DNA of 64,000 bases from Trichinella spiralis (Eukaryota): positions 3,933,228-3,997,227 of the forward strand of contig NW_003526943.1 of NCBI RefSeq assembly GCF_000181795.1. The letters run 5' to 3'. Shown one piece after another: positions 62,623 through 64,000 of the stretch. The translations under genes were made by a program, and so were the position numbers. Below the pieces are notes generated by a model that ran no database searches, had not been told where the DNA came from, and saw only the letters and a program-made list of their open reading frames with translations. How positions within the stretch are numbered: the first letter of the stretch is position 1; each line of letters begins with the position of its first letter.

Positions 62623-64000
62623 ATCTTTTATTCTATATTTCCAAAAGCTATTTCGCTCGCAATTTGTTCTTCATGAAGAATAATGATCATTGATTGTGTA
62701 CTATAAAAATTTGATAATTAGGTATTGTTGCAAATTTACAGGTATTTGTAATGTAAATAAAACATTGCAAACTATTATAAAAGCAACTGCAATCAATTAA
62801 GCAAAAAAACACCATTTTTTATTATAATTTGAGTAAAACTTCAAACATTCAATAACATATATTTTGTAAGTTTAACTAGTGCACAAGAAAACTTTACCTT
62901 GACGCTTTGCTTTGATTGATTTTCGTTGGTCAGAAAGGTCATCCGCTCCAGTTTGTCATTTTGCCTTCTTCGGTGCTAGGGATACGTTTATAGCCCTGCT
63001 GTTTTGTTGGCTAGCGTTTGCTTGGGAAGCGCTGATTGTGATGATGACGTTTATGGGTGTATATTATGTTTTTTAATTTCATTTGTTCTGAAAGTGATGT
63101 AATATATGAATTTCTTTTTTCTGTAATTTTCAATTGGTAGTTTTCAGTTGACAAAAATTTATTTAGAGTTTATCAAATATTTATGTAACATTTTAAAAAA
63201 TAGATATGTTTGTCTATGTAATGTCATAAGATGTGGAATATGTTAATGGAAGTAGAACAGAAAATCTATGCATGAAAAATGTAGGCAGATGGATAATATA
63301 ATTACTATGAGAACAACAATAATTAACAAGAACAAGAAATAAATGAAAATGAAGCTAAAATGATTGTTATTTTTTACATAGCTCGACTGCTCCACGAGAT
63401 CTCTAACTTTAAGGTTAAAACTGTTTAGTACAAATATAACGAAACAAATACATATGCTAAACATTATCACTTTATCCCAGCTTATCAGAAGGTTCACTTT
63501 TCAAAAATAAAATTAAGTGGCGAATCAACATAACTTGCTTTGCCGAAGTAGAATAAAGTTTATGAAACACTTTTCTTCTTCCATGAAATTTTGAAAAAAA
63601 CTATATTTTACCAAGATATTTCAATGAAATCCAGATATCAACTGATTAGCAGTGTATGAGCGATGCTTACTTCAGATTGAAATAAATTATTGGATAATTC
63701 AGTAAAGTTTGACAAAATGATTTTGATGAAACATAATTGCGAAATATTCATGTTGTACAAAAGTTCGGCTTATTCACAGATCAAGATTAGCCATTGATGG
63801 AGAGTAATTTGCGATCAGTTATCTGTATTATATTTTTAGTTTATTCTTAACTCACATGTGATTACGTAATTGTGGAAAGCATCCATGTTAGTATATATTA
63901 GATACATCGTTTTATGTACTTTTCATTTCCGGTGGTATATTTATTTTATACTGCGACTATAAAAGACTGTCCAACCAAACGGCAGACTGATAAAATTAGA

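Noticed and set aside
1..64000. CRISPR arrays, tRNA, rRNA, SL RNA genes or prokaryotic operons
   Set aside because: None recognised by eye. The DNA is eukaryotic and intron-rich. Divergent SL RNAs could be missed without a covariance search.

Overview
AT-rich eukaryotic genomic DNA with many short (about 50-70 nt) spliceosomal introns. It is almost certainly a nematode: it carries an MSP-domain gene and a bli-3-type DUOX. The gene style suggests a Trichinella-like clade I worm, but that is inference. I assembled about 14 protein-coding genes by hand from exon fragments: RMC1/C18orf8 (partial), ABHD16A, dual oxidase (DUOX), its maturation factor (DUOXA), a BPI/LBP-family protein, an MSP-domain protein, a SAP-less SARNP/Tho1-like protein, a small membrane protein, UBE2G1/ubc-7, TTD14, LIN37, NUP88, aspartyl aminopeptidase (DNPEP) and POLDIP2. 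The window also holds an RPS14 5' fragment cut by an N gap, a decayed Gypsy LTR retrotransposon with both LTRs and an internal insertion, a hAT terminus and microsatellites. The main points of interest are: (1) DUOX and DUOXA are adjacent and tail-to-tail; (2) a GC-rich 65-nt TTD14 intron folds back on its own 5' splice site; (3) the SARNP-like protein has three RxxRF motifs and no SAP domain; (4) the DUOX dehydrogenase motifs are unusual; (5) there are two candidate operons and a pre-miRNA-like hairpin. All homology calls come from recalled motifs, not database searches, and exon boundaries were read by eye.
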